Shown in pieces: positions 11,301 through 24,000 of a DNA stretch of 64,000 bases. The stretch spans positions 11,842,001 through 11,906,000 of the forward strand of contig CM022671.1 in NCBI GenBank assembly GCA_012295275.1, read 5' to 3'. Positions within the stretch are counted from its first letter, which is position 1; the number at the start of each line of letters is the position of its first letter. Both the position numbers and the translations under genes were made by a program. Below the pieces are notes generated by a model, which was not told the DNA's origin, made no database searches, and worked only from the letters and a program-made list of their open reading frames with translations. Source of the DNA: Chrysomallon squamiferum. Its lineage: Eukaryota > Animalia > Mollusca.

Positions 11301-14300
11301 ACTCAGCTGCAGATAGGCCTGGCTAAAACAGTTGTGTATAAAACTAAACATCTTCAGCTGTAGACAGGCCTGTGTAAGACAGCTGTGTATAAAACTGAAA
11401 CACAGCTGCAGACAGGCCTGTGTAAGACACCTGTGTATAAAACTGAACACACTCAGCTGCAGACAGGCCTGTGTAAGACACCTGTGTATAAAACTGAACA
11501 CCCTCAGCTGTAGACAGGCCTGTGTAAGGCAGCTGTGTAGATATCTGAACAGACTGAGCTGCAGACAGGCCTGGGTAAAACAGCTGTGTAGAAATCTGTA
11601 CACTCAGCTGGAGACAGGTCTGTGTAAAACAGCTGTGTACAAATCTTAACAGCTGTGACAGGCCTGTGTAAAAATCTTAACATTTTCAGCTGCAGACAGG
11701 CCTGTGTAAGACAGCTGTGTATAAAACTGAACATCTTCAGCTGTAGACAGGCCTGTATAAGACAGCTGTGTATAAAACTGAACATCTTCAGCTGCAGACA
11801 GGCCTGTGTAAGACAGCTGTGTATAAAACTGAACACTCTTAGCTGTAGACAGGCCTGTGTAAAACAGCTGTGTACAAAACTGAACATTCTCAGCTACAGA
11901 CAGGACTGGGTAAGACAGCTGTGTATAAAACTGAACACCGTCAGCTGTAGACAGGCCTGTGTAAAACAGCTGTGTACAAATCTTAACATTTTCAGCTGCA
12001 GACAGGCCTGTGTAAGACAGCTGTGTATAAAACTGAACATCTTCAGCTGTAGACAGGCCTGTATAAGACAGCTGTGTATAAAACTGAACATCTTAGCTGC
12101 AGACAGGCCTGTGTAAGACAGCTGTGTATAAAACTGAACACTCTTAGCTGTAGACAGGCCTGTGTAAAACAGCTGTGTATAAAACTGAACACACTCAACT
12201 ACAGACAGGACTGGGTAAGACAGCTGTGTATAAAACTGAACACCCTCAGCTGCAGACAGGCCTGTGTAAGACAGCTGTGTATAAATCTGAACACTGATCT
12301 GCAGACAGGCCTGTGTAAGCTGTTGTGTAGAAATCTATACAGACTCAGCTGCAGACAGGCCTGTGTAAGACAGCTGTGTAGAAATATGAACACACTCAGC
12401 TGGAGACAGGCCTGTGTAAGACACCTGTGTAGAAATCTGAACACACTCAGCTGCAGACAGGCCTGTTGTGGCAACTATGTATAAAACTGAACATCTTCAG
12501 CTGTAGACAGGCCTGGGTAAGACAGCTTTGTAGAAATCTGAACAGACTCAGCTGAAACAGGCCTGTGTAAGACAGCTGTGTATAAAACTGAACACAATCA
12601 GCTACAGACAGGCCTGTGTAAGACAGCTGTGTAGAAATCTGAACAGACTCAGCTGTAGACAGGCCTGTGTAAGACAGCTGTGTATAAAACTGAACACCCT
12701 CAGCTGCAGACAGGCTTGTGGAAGACAGCTGTTTAGAAATCTGAACACACTCAGCTGTAGACAGGCCTGTGTAAGACAGCTGTGTAGACATCTGAACTTA
12801 CTCAGCTGCAGACAGGCCTGTGTAAGACAGCCTTGCATAAAACTGAACATACTCAAAGATAAAGACTAACCCACGTAAGACTAAATATATACATTTTTGC
12901 TCTGAAGTTGTTTAATTTACCTGTGAAGGGTAGCTCTGTAAGAACCGGATTTTCTCATACAGTTTGACATTGTCAGATCTCAGTTTGTCAATCTCATTCT
13001 GTAGGATGGTGATCTGCTGCTGCTGACCAAGAGATTGCTGTAAAATTACATCATAACATTGTTCAGGATTTCTTAAATTTTAAAGTTAATCATTCAGTTT
13101 CTGCTTCATAAAAAAAATGTGCATTCATATTTTAATAATGTATTTAATTTTATTTTCTATTTTAAAAACCAATATCACTAAATAAACACATTATATATTT
13201 ATTATAGCCAAGATTGTATGACTGCTGTACTGAATCAAAAAAATATTGTTTACTGTTTGAAATCATTACCAGAATTTGTTCTGTGTAGATTATTTACTGT
13301 TATTATTATTATTATATATTATTATTATTATAAAATATAAATTTACCATCTCCAGTTCTTTAGCTCTCAGTCGGTATCTTTCTCTCTGACTCTGAACTAT
13401 GGGTAACAATGAACTCGCTGCTGTTGATGACATGTCAGAGGAAACTGCAAAAACATAATAAAAACAATAAATAAATAAATAATTCCAATACTATAAAATA
13501 AAATATATAAATTTGTAAACAGAAACATTTTAAAAAGTTAATATCACGATGACTTTATTTTAATTAAAGGTTAGAATGGGAAATGTCTAAGAGATATGTC
13601 TAAGAGAATTGATCCGATAACCCTTGCATTAACCACTGATCCATACCCCATTCACAAAATTTCAGAGTAATAATTAATTACTAACTTTAAGCAACAAATA
13701 ACATATTTAATGACACACATGATTAGTAATTTAGAAATGACCTTGTGGCATGGAATCTCGGATGACCTCCACCATGACTTCTGATCCAGAGTCTTTGGTT
13801 TGATTTGGTCCTGGTTCTCCCTGCAGAATGTTTAATTACAGCAATAAATTACATATTTCTTCACCAACAGACATACACACAAATAAAGGTCTAAGTATAT
13901 ACAGTGTACACAGTTTCAAGTGACATATTTCTTTTCAGAGTATTTAGTCCATTTTCAAATTTTTACATACTAGAATGAAACTTGATATATTTGTATTTAT
14001 TATTCTTTTATTGACTGTGTCTGTAATTGATGTATTTATTTATTTTTAAATACTTGAAAGAAAAAACCTCTGTATATTCATTATTTATTCTTTTTCATTT
14101 TTGTGGAAATAGTAGTTCCTTTCATGCCTAAGGCAAAAACAACTTCATTTTAAAGAACAATGCAAATTTGTGACCGTATCAACATTTCTATTAAGAGGAA
14201 CAAGAAGATGTCCATGTAATGGTGAACTGTAAATAAAAGTTATCAATGTTAAAAATACCTCAGCATCTCCTCTGAACATTGAGGACAAAGCATTGACACT

Positions 14301-15243
14301 TCTCAGATCTTCTTCCAGCTGAGTGATGAGCAGTTTCTGATCCTGAACGGTACGTACTGCCTCGCTGTATTCATTCTGTAGCCCAGCAAGTCGAGCTGTA
14401 GAAATAGAGAATTTTTTTTTTAAATTTAATTACTTTAAAAATAAATATAAAATTTAAATATCTTATTATATAATGAACTAAATGAATTTTAATGACTGTA
14501 AGAATAAAATTAAACATTTATTTCAGTTTAGTATAAAAATAATTATTTTGTTAAAAATAAATGAATTTAAATTTGCTTTATATTAATGTTTTTCTAAAAG
14601 AAGAAAAAGTAAATTTAAAATTTATTATGTTGTTCTTATTAGATAAATAAAAAAGTACTCTTAAACATCTGTTTAATAAACAAAAAACACACACACACAC
14701 ACACAGGCATATATAAAATTACATATGAACAAATTACATGATTTAATTTTGTATTATCAAAATCATCATTGAAATACATGTCAAAAACATGATATTTGAT
14801 ATTAATCCTCACTCAATAAATTTAATGGGATAGTAATATTCTTCATACTTCTTAATAAAATTCAAAGAGAAAAAATATTAATTTATTACATTGTTCATGT
14901 AGACAGAAACAGGAATTTAGTTTTACAAATTAATGTCTGAAAACCAAACAACTTTTTTGAACTATAGATTAAGCTCCTGAAAATCATTATCACACTAATT
15001 TCTGAATAAAACCATTTCAACATCTGTCTTCTTAATAATTCTGCAACAACCATTTTAACAAGTTTTTTAACAGATCTGTCATGACCATTTTAACATTTCA
15101 TTTCTGAATAAATCTGTGACATCCATTTTAAAATGTTTTCAAAATAAACCTATGACAACCATTTTAAATCTATCTTCTGAATAAATCTGTGACATTCATT
15201 TTAAAACATTTTCTGAATAAATCTGTGACACCATTTCAGCTTC

Positions 15244-15285
<42 letters not shown>

Positions 15286-17973
15286 TAATATAAAACGAAA
15301 CAATAAAAAACATTTTTATGTTTGTTGTTATCTTTTTGTTAATGAATTTTCAGAACATACATTTAAAACCATTCTGCTTCCAGTTTTTGGAAGACCCTCC
15401 TAATTTAAATGAAACTACATTTCTGAAAAAACAACCCAACATTTTAAGGCTACAAATGAAAATATTTCAATTTGATCCAAACGGAAAAGAAATTTCAATC
15501 TATACAACATTTGGAATAGAATTACAAAATTTATTGATTTCTATTTTCAGAACATGAACAAACACATAAATATATTTTGTTCAAATGTCTGCCATAAAAT
15601 ACTTTTCTCCTTCAAACTTTAATATATATTTCCAAAAACCATTTTAAATTCTTCAACATTCAGAACAACTTTCTTAAAGAAAAGGCATTCAGAAATTCAT
15701 ATAAATTTTAATCTGATTTTTCAAACACAAATACTATAGCTTTATAATGACTTGTGTGGTGTAACAAGTTTTCTGAGATTATTTCAAACTAACACCATTT
15801 GTCTTAAAGATATGTTGTTATAAATTTATTTTGATTCAAAACAGTCTAAAACATTTACATCATCTGTATTCCTCTAATTCACATATGTTTTACTCAAAGA
15901 ACTGTGTAACAGATATGTGTTTTGAAGTCAGTGATACAGGGAATGAAAATGAGTTTGCAAGATGAGGAGAGGAGTAGTTAGCTATGTAATGTTTTTAATT
16001 ATCAAGTTACTGAAGCACATGCAATTTTTGATGGTGAGGTCTTAATGTTTCAAAATAATAAAACTATTTCAAGAAACAAAAATTTTATAACATCTGAATT
16101 ATATTCACAGTACATGTACCTCATAAAAATGGTACAGAATTTCAAGAACAACAATTTACTAATACCAAAGGAAGCAACTTAAAATTGATTTCCTCTTAAG
16201 TTTCTAAAAAATAACACAGAAAAATACAATTTGTATTCATGAAATATGATACAAAAGAAACTTGTTTACTTGATGACTTATATTGATAGGATGGGCTGAT
16301 AGAAAATTATTGGCTAATTTTACCATTCATTTGCATTAGAATATTGCATGAAGCACTGATGAATTGCAGATAGTGAGAAACAGTAAAATAAAAGCATAAA
16401 ATATTTATGTACATCTAAATACTTATGATTGGTGTGTTTTGGGTCATCACTTAACCCTCTAATCAGAATCAATTACCTTTCACATCAATCTAACAACAGT
16501 TACATATAGTATTCTTATGGAAAGCATACCATTATAAAAACTATAAATATTAATAGGTCAATTTCTGTAATTGTTGATTCTCATCAAAATAAATTTAAAA
16601 GTTTGAAATTATGCTAAAAGCTTTGTAAATAAAGTCACAGATTCCTAATGCTTTGTTATTATTATTCTTGTTGTAGTTTTCTGTGTTGAATATATTTAAA
16701 CATTTTAAAAACATGCTGGTATATTAGTATTCATAAATGTTTAACAAAACAAGAAATAAGATATAAAATGTAAGGGAAATCTGTAAAACAGTTTGGAGAA
16801 GAGAAAAGCACAAAAAACCTGAAGTTTTGGATTCAGTAGTGGGAAAGAAGAGTGACAAATAAAACAACAAAAATTATCTTGCATATATGTTTATTTAACA
16901 TATTTTGAAGCACCTATGAAACAGTATATAAATGCACTTCAGAGATGAGGACTAGATAATAAACATGTTATAATGTCTTTTTTTGTCCAATAAATGCACA
17001 AATTAACAAACATTGTATAAAATAGTCAAAATTCCTTTTTTCAGGTTATATAAAAAAGAGCACTGATAAAAGTATTCATGTAACAGCAATTTTTTTTTTT
17101 TTCCACAGAGAACATTATACAAGTATATAACATTTCAATCTCTCTGCATGCTTTATGGAAACAGAAACAAACCCATTAACTGTAAATATAGTGATAAGCT
17201 GGTGAATTTAAACATTTTTTATTTATATTTTTAATCATTTCTGGCAGTTAATAAGTTGACTTTTGACGTAGCACCGATAAAAAATCTTCCAACCGTATAC
17301 ATTTAAAAAATAAGAATAAAAACAACATACAATCATATTTCAACATACCCCCCCCAAAAATAAGCCCAAATAGATTTAAACAAAACATACCATTTATAAT
17401 TTATATAGTGTCATAGGTAGGCTTAACTCATGTCAGCTTAACACTTAGACATTTGTATTTGATAAGGAATATTTAGTTTGAACAAATCTTTTAAGGAAAA
17501 ACAATAATAAAAAATTATTTTGTTTGCTGCCTTGACAGATGTTAAAGCAAACTTATTTAAAAAAATAATTGCTACAGTATTGCCCAAACAATTGTTTTTG
17601 GAATGACGGCAAAAATTATTCCATAATGTTTTTCAAAACAAATCTTTTCACAATATTCCAGACATGGTACAAAAAAAAAAAAAAAAAACAGCATTAAATG
17701 ACATTTTTTTTTTTTATTAATTATTTTTTTTTAATTTATTTATTTTTGTGCTGCCTTGATGACATAAAAATATTTCAGTATATATTTTCAATTTATTTTT
17801 TTATTTTTTTTATGTGCTAACACAAGCAATCTGAAATTATTATTTAACTGTTCAAGTTTTTGAACTTAGATTTTATTAGAAATTTGCTAAATAAAAACTG
17901 ACTTACCATGTCTACTCAACTCTACCAAAGACCAAATCAAAAAATAAACCTTATCATCAACTACTTTAACTTC

Positions 17974-18006
<33 letters not shown>

Positions 18007-21000
18007 CAAATTAGATTTAAAACAGTGTAGAAAACTGATTTTTAGACTAATAATTTTATTCCAGTAAAACTAATTTAATTAAAATAGGAAACTGCCAATA
18101 CTCAAATTACTATGTTAAATGGTTTGTGTTATTTAGCAAATTCTGTTTATTTTAAGTATACATTCATTAATAAGGAACAATGGTATTAATATATATAAAA
18201 TAAAAAATATAAATATAAATCAGACTAAACAAAGTTAATTTGTTTTTTTTTTTTTTTTTTTACAAAATGTAATAATATAATATATATGTATATATATTTG
18301 GCATACATACAGTTATGAGCAGAGTAAATCAGTAAAGCCCCAGGCCCAGTGAAATTAATTAGTATCTATAATTACTAAACATTTATTTTAAAATGCTCCA
18401 GTCAATTATTTCAAATCAGTGTAATGAATGTCAGTTAACATAAGCAGGATTTGATTTCTGTACATGTGAAATCTTCATTCCAAAACTGAAATATGTATTA
18501 ACAAAAATGAAAATATGAGGATATATGGTGATACTGGTAATCTTTGGTAGTTTGTGTATAGGTAAGTTATTTGCCACACATGCTAACTGGCAAGGATTTA
18601 TGGTTATACAATTTTTAATATTAATAAACTTAAAGTAATGCAATTTAATAACTGAAATAATTATTAATAAACAATTATACGGTTTATTTTAACACAATTC
18701 TATAGTGTACATGTTCTACAACTAAATATGGTAAACCAATGTGTATTAGTGTAACTTGTAAATGGGGTGAATCCTGGCTTTCTTGAAAGCCACAGTTTAA
18801 GCTCACAGCCATTATTGTGAAATTTCTTACTTTGAGATTTATACACTGCTTAGACAACTCAAATAATCCTTCAGTGAAAAGAAAATGATGTAGAATATTA
18901 AAATTAAATGTTTAGTTGGATAGTGATTTAAAAAAAGAAATAAATAAAATAAAATTGCAAACGTCAAATGAAGCACTGGAAAAAATTACAACAAATATGG
19001 CACTTTCTTTAAAAAAAAAGAAATAATAATAAATAAATTTTATGTAGTAAAATAATTGTTATCAATAAAATTAGAATCTGAAAATTCCTCAATCAATAAT
19101 TTTAATTCTTCTTTTAGAGTTGAGCACATTATGAAAATAATATCCTACGACCATGTAGGACAGTGCCTCAAGCATAACACAACTATGAGTAATAATGATG
19201 ACATGTAAATAATTCAAAGAGTACAAAATTAAAATAACAACAAATGATTGTTCCAATACACATCAGTCAAGCATACAATGATACAATGTTATGATATAAA
19301 GCTGGTTTCCTATACAACAAAATGAGTCTATTCAAATTTTGGCATTCAAATGGATGTGTATATATTTACATACACATATACATTTATATATGTATATATG
19401 TATACATATACATTATATATGTGAACATGACAACAACTATTTAATTATATGAAACTTTCCAACATGCGAAGATACACAAGAAATTCCGGTACAAAATATT
19501 TTGGCAATGTTAAGATTTATGCTATTAATAGTCAAAAAGAGTAAAAACTCTTAAAAACATGCATTTAAACAAATAAAATGTAACACTTATACCTAAATGT
19601 AAATATATATATTTAATTTTTATATAGAATGTGCCAATCTCCTTTATGCTTAACAGTCAGAAGTTTTTAACAATGCACATGAACATTTTTATCTTTTACT
19701 TCTTTCTTTTTGAAACCGTTAATAATAATAATAATAATAACAATTATTATTTAAATCTAAAGATTTCATTTTCTTGCTAAAAAAACGTTTGGGTCAAAAT
19801 TTAAATTTAAATTTAATAAAATATGTTACACTGACAGAGAGTGCTATCAACTGAATGTTTAAGCATATAAGAGATTTAACAACAACAAAATAATAATAGT
19901 AAAGAAATGAAAAAAACAACATGTAAAGGTCTATGGAAAACTACAAAAATGAGTACAACAACACAATTATATCATCAATTAAACATGCATCTAACTACGA
20001 CTAAAATCTTATTCTGCAATATAAAAATTATTATTTTAATAACTATACACTATATAAGGTCTGCTATACATGTGTGTGTTGTAATAAAAATGGGGTGAAA
20101 AAAAAACAAAGCTAAATGATAAAAGTGTGTAAAAAAATGGCAGATCTACATATACAGAATTATATGTAAAAATTGTTACTGTAATTAGAAATGTATAAGA
20201 TTTCACTGCATATAATTTGCTAACTATTCAGTAAATCTCAGACAGCTTTTTTAACTTCTAATTTATTAAATACAAATGTATTAAAAAATTAAAACCAATT
20301 TTTTTATTTCTTCTGTAACAAAGCCTTTTTTAATATTAACTCATTAAATAAATAAATAACCTAAAAATAATAAAGCTTCAAATATTACTGAAAAATGCTT
20401 GCTGAAAATCCTTATCATTGTATTAATTAGTCTCATAAAAATAATTAATTAAAATGGATAAAAAAAGAGGAATTTATTAAAAAGATTATCTAGGAAAATA
20501 AACAAAATATATAATACAAAACAAACAAACCTAAATTCTTTTATTTTACAAAAAACATTTAACATTTATTATTAACAATATTTTAATTTATATTTGAAAG
20601 AAAAGAGAAATTTTAAGCGATATATTTAAATATTTGGCTTTTTAACTCTCTTATGCGGTGGGTTTTAAAATTTGCAAAATCAGAAAATCAGTTAAAACCA
20701 TTTTTTTATTTTTTTATTAACAATTACTTCAGTTTGAGATCCCTAACTCTCTTAGCCTATTGCACATACACAAACCTGAACACAAGCAAACATCTTACAC
20801 AACCAGCATCTTATGTGTGCTTTGACAGAACTGTATAAACTGAATTATGGATATTGTGAATGGATTATGATCAGTCAATGTTATCTGTAAGTTTATTACT
20901 GAACAAGTGCTACCAAATAAATAAATAAATAATATGAAACAGGCAAATCATTTCATATTGCAAGTTCTTTGATGTAACTGTATAATATTTTAAAATCAGA

Positions 21001-24000
21001 TATTTTCTAAATAATAACTGAAAAATACATCTGATTATAGAATTAGGACAGCACATCATCACAATGGTAAAAAAAAAAAAAAAAAGCTGTGTTGTTTGTG
21101 TAAGATGAAGCTTAAACCTTTTTTTACTTTGCACATTTCCCAAACTATTTTAGAACTACAATAAAATGTTAGTTTTAAGAAGTTTCAGTCTTCATTTAGC
21201 ATTCATTTTATGTATGTGTAGAACATACTTTTTAAATAAATGTTTCTCTTAATTATTGCACATTTTATTTGTTACAAAATTATATTTTATCTTACATCCT
21301 GTTATTCTTTGTTTAGCCAGTTAACTATTATATTCAAAACATTTCATTTTTAGTTTTACTTCTTATAAAATAATAAGGAAATTAGCAGTTAATTTAGAAA
21401 TATAAATGTACCAGGAAAGGGAAAACAGATTGAAAGTTTTTGTTTGGAATAACGAGATCATGACCACTTGAAATTAATTCTTTGTAAAATATATTGCACA
21501 TCTGAGAAGAAAAGAAACTGCTTCTCAAAACTAACTCATTTCAAATGTAAGTCACAACTATAGATATCGCAATGCTTTGTAGAAAAGCAGAGATAAACAA
21601 AAATAATGACAATTTTACCATGGCAGTTTACATGCTACTAAATAAAGGCATAACATATGTATATAAATGCAAGTCAGTAATTTAGGGTCTGAATAAAATC
21701 TGAAAGCTACAGTCCACAATATCTCTTGTATCTAATTGTCTAAATACTGAGATCAAGATTTAGCTGAGTCGAGCAAAAAAAAAAAAAGTTAAAAAAAGGA
21801 TGAAAGAAAAATAGCCAATTTTTGATATTATATTCTGTCAAAGATTTCTGCTAAAACTTGTTAATTTGAGTTTTTACACTATAAATCTTCAAACAAATAT
21901 CTGCATTAACATTTCAGTTTAAGAATACAGAAGTGCCCTAGTTTTGTCTGACCAATTAAAATATTTGCCTACTTTAAAAAAATAAATAAATAAAAAAAGA
22001 TTTAATGCAAAAATGACCATGCAGCATTTGGATTAAAAAGTGAAATCTACAAACTAGTGTACAATGGCAGTAAAAGTTAGTTTCTAGGTTACACGACTAG
22101 ATCTTTGGTGCATTTCAGTCAACATTTGCAAGATGTGATGACCTCTGAACAATGGTCCCCACACCCAGTGTGCACTGACAGTAAACAGAGAAAAAAAAAA
22201 ATATATATATATATATGTATAGATTTATATATATTCAAACATATGGAAGTAGAAACAGTGCATAGATGGTGAAGTGAAGTTACTGAGCAAATATCTCAAG
22301 ACAACACCAAGGAATAACAGTAAAGTAATGCACATGCTTGTGCGCACAAATGTTACACATGCAAATTGTGTGCACATGTTGCACAGGTTACAAACTAAAT
22401 GCACTGAGTGCCACAATAATGCATGCAGTAAATACAAATATGTGGGCAATGATACAGCAAAGTTCTGCTTGGAATTCACTCAGCACCAAACACAACTTTT
22501 AAATTTAAATCTCTAATGCAATCTAATCACAGAAATGTTAACATTTCTTTCATTCTTCTTTTAAATTAAAAATAATTTGTTTTCATTCTTTTTTTTCCTG
22601 AAATATAAAATTTAACAATTTTTGGGGAACATTTTGTTGAAGATATATTCTGGTCTAAAACTCAACCATAAATGCAATTATACACCATATTAGGTATTGC
22701 AATTTATTAATTCATTAATTATTAATTATCCATCCTCTGGAACATTAAAGTCCACATAAAATATAACATTCCTGTAGCATTTCAATGCTGAAACATCCAC
22801 TAAGATAGTAAAAATAAAACAACCAAAATAAAAAAAAATAAATAAATAAATAAAAAGAGAAAAAAGAAAACAGACAAAAATATTTAAAGATCTGAAGAAC
22901 AATATAAAAATAGAAATATTTACCCTCATCAGTGAGTGTTTAACAGACATATCATGTAAGTTGAGATACTGATATTCAGAATTGTGTGAAATGCACAACT
23001 CAAGTTTGTACTAATTAATCATGTATCATTGTATGTTTTACCATCTTTATACTTTGTTATGCAATTAAGGATGACAAACAGAAAACTGCAACAGATATAG
23101 TTTAAACATGTCAATATATAAATAAACAATCCTTGAAATTTTAAAAATATTTTTGACTGCATAACATAATGAAAAGATTAAATTTGGTTTTAAAATAAAA
23201 ACTATTATTTTGGCATCATGCAAGTTAAGGAAAAGATGCTTTCTATGTTGAGCATTTGGTAATGACACACAATTCTGAATTTAAAGCTACATGTGATGAT
23301 TAAAATTCCCAGTCCTCGTCTGCATTGTTTTCGATGTTTTTCTCTAACTTTTCAATGCTTGCATCTCGATCAAATTCCTCCCATTCTTCACCCGCCAATT
23401 CAATGGCTTTCTGTAACTTTTCTATTTTGTTAAAACGATCATCACTGGCTGATGAGTTAGATCCTGGATCAGAAGAAACTCCTCCATTCATTTCTGCTGT
23501 TTCAGTGTCTTTTAATGCACTGTCATCAGGCACATCATTTTGCTCAGGCTTTTCTAAGGCTTTGGTCTTATCAAGCTGTGCTCCCTCAAAAACCCTCTGT
23601 GGATTAGAACGTTTACGTTTGTTTACTCCAGAGGGTGGAGGTGCTGGCATGGAACAAGGCACATTTTCTGAATTAGTATCAGTTTTTTCTGATTCAGTTT
23701 TTGGCACTGAGGCAGAATCCACCTCATCCTCATTGTCTGAAATGCCAGCATCACAGAGTTCCTGCTCCTTTTTGCTGGCAATTTCCTCATCCGAGTGCTG
23801 AGAATTTTCACCTTCAGAACCATCGTGTTTTGACCTCTGAACAGGTTCAAACTGTGGAAACATCCACTGTCTAGTTTCGTTATTTTGAAAGTTGCGAAGA
23901 TGAGATGGCTCACCTGAACCACTGGAGCCATCACTCTGATTCGAGCTGTCATCCATTGGCTCCGACTTGACACTGGACAATTCATCTACACTATGATCCT

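Noticed and set aside
9874-12856. Cys-rich ORFs suggesting zinc-finger, LRR or metallothionein-like genes
   Set aside because: They are translations of the 51-bp repeat on both strands with frequent frameshifts, and show no proper C2H2 or LRR spacing
9835-12860. CRISPR-like appearance (palindromic constant part plus a more variable part at regular spacing)
   Set aside because: The variable segments are point variants of one sequence rather than unique spacers; there are no cas genes; the context is a eukaryotic intron
23325-23985. 158-aa antisense ORF and 120-aa alternate-frame ORF over the CUX last exon
   Set aside because: Shadow ORFs of a real exon with no recognisable motifs; the same applies to 27299, 27494, 28758, 28870 and 29863
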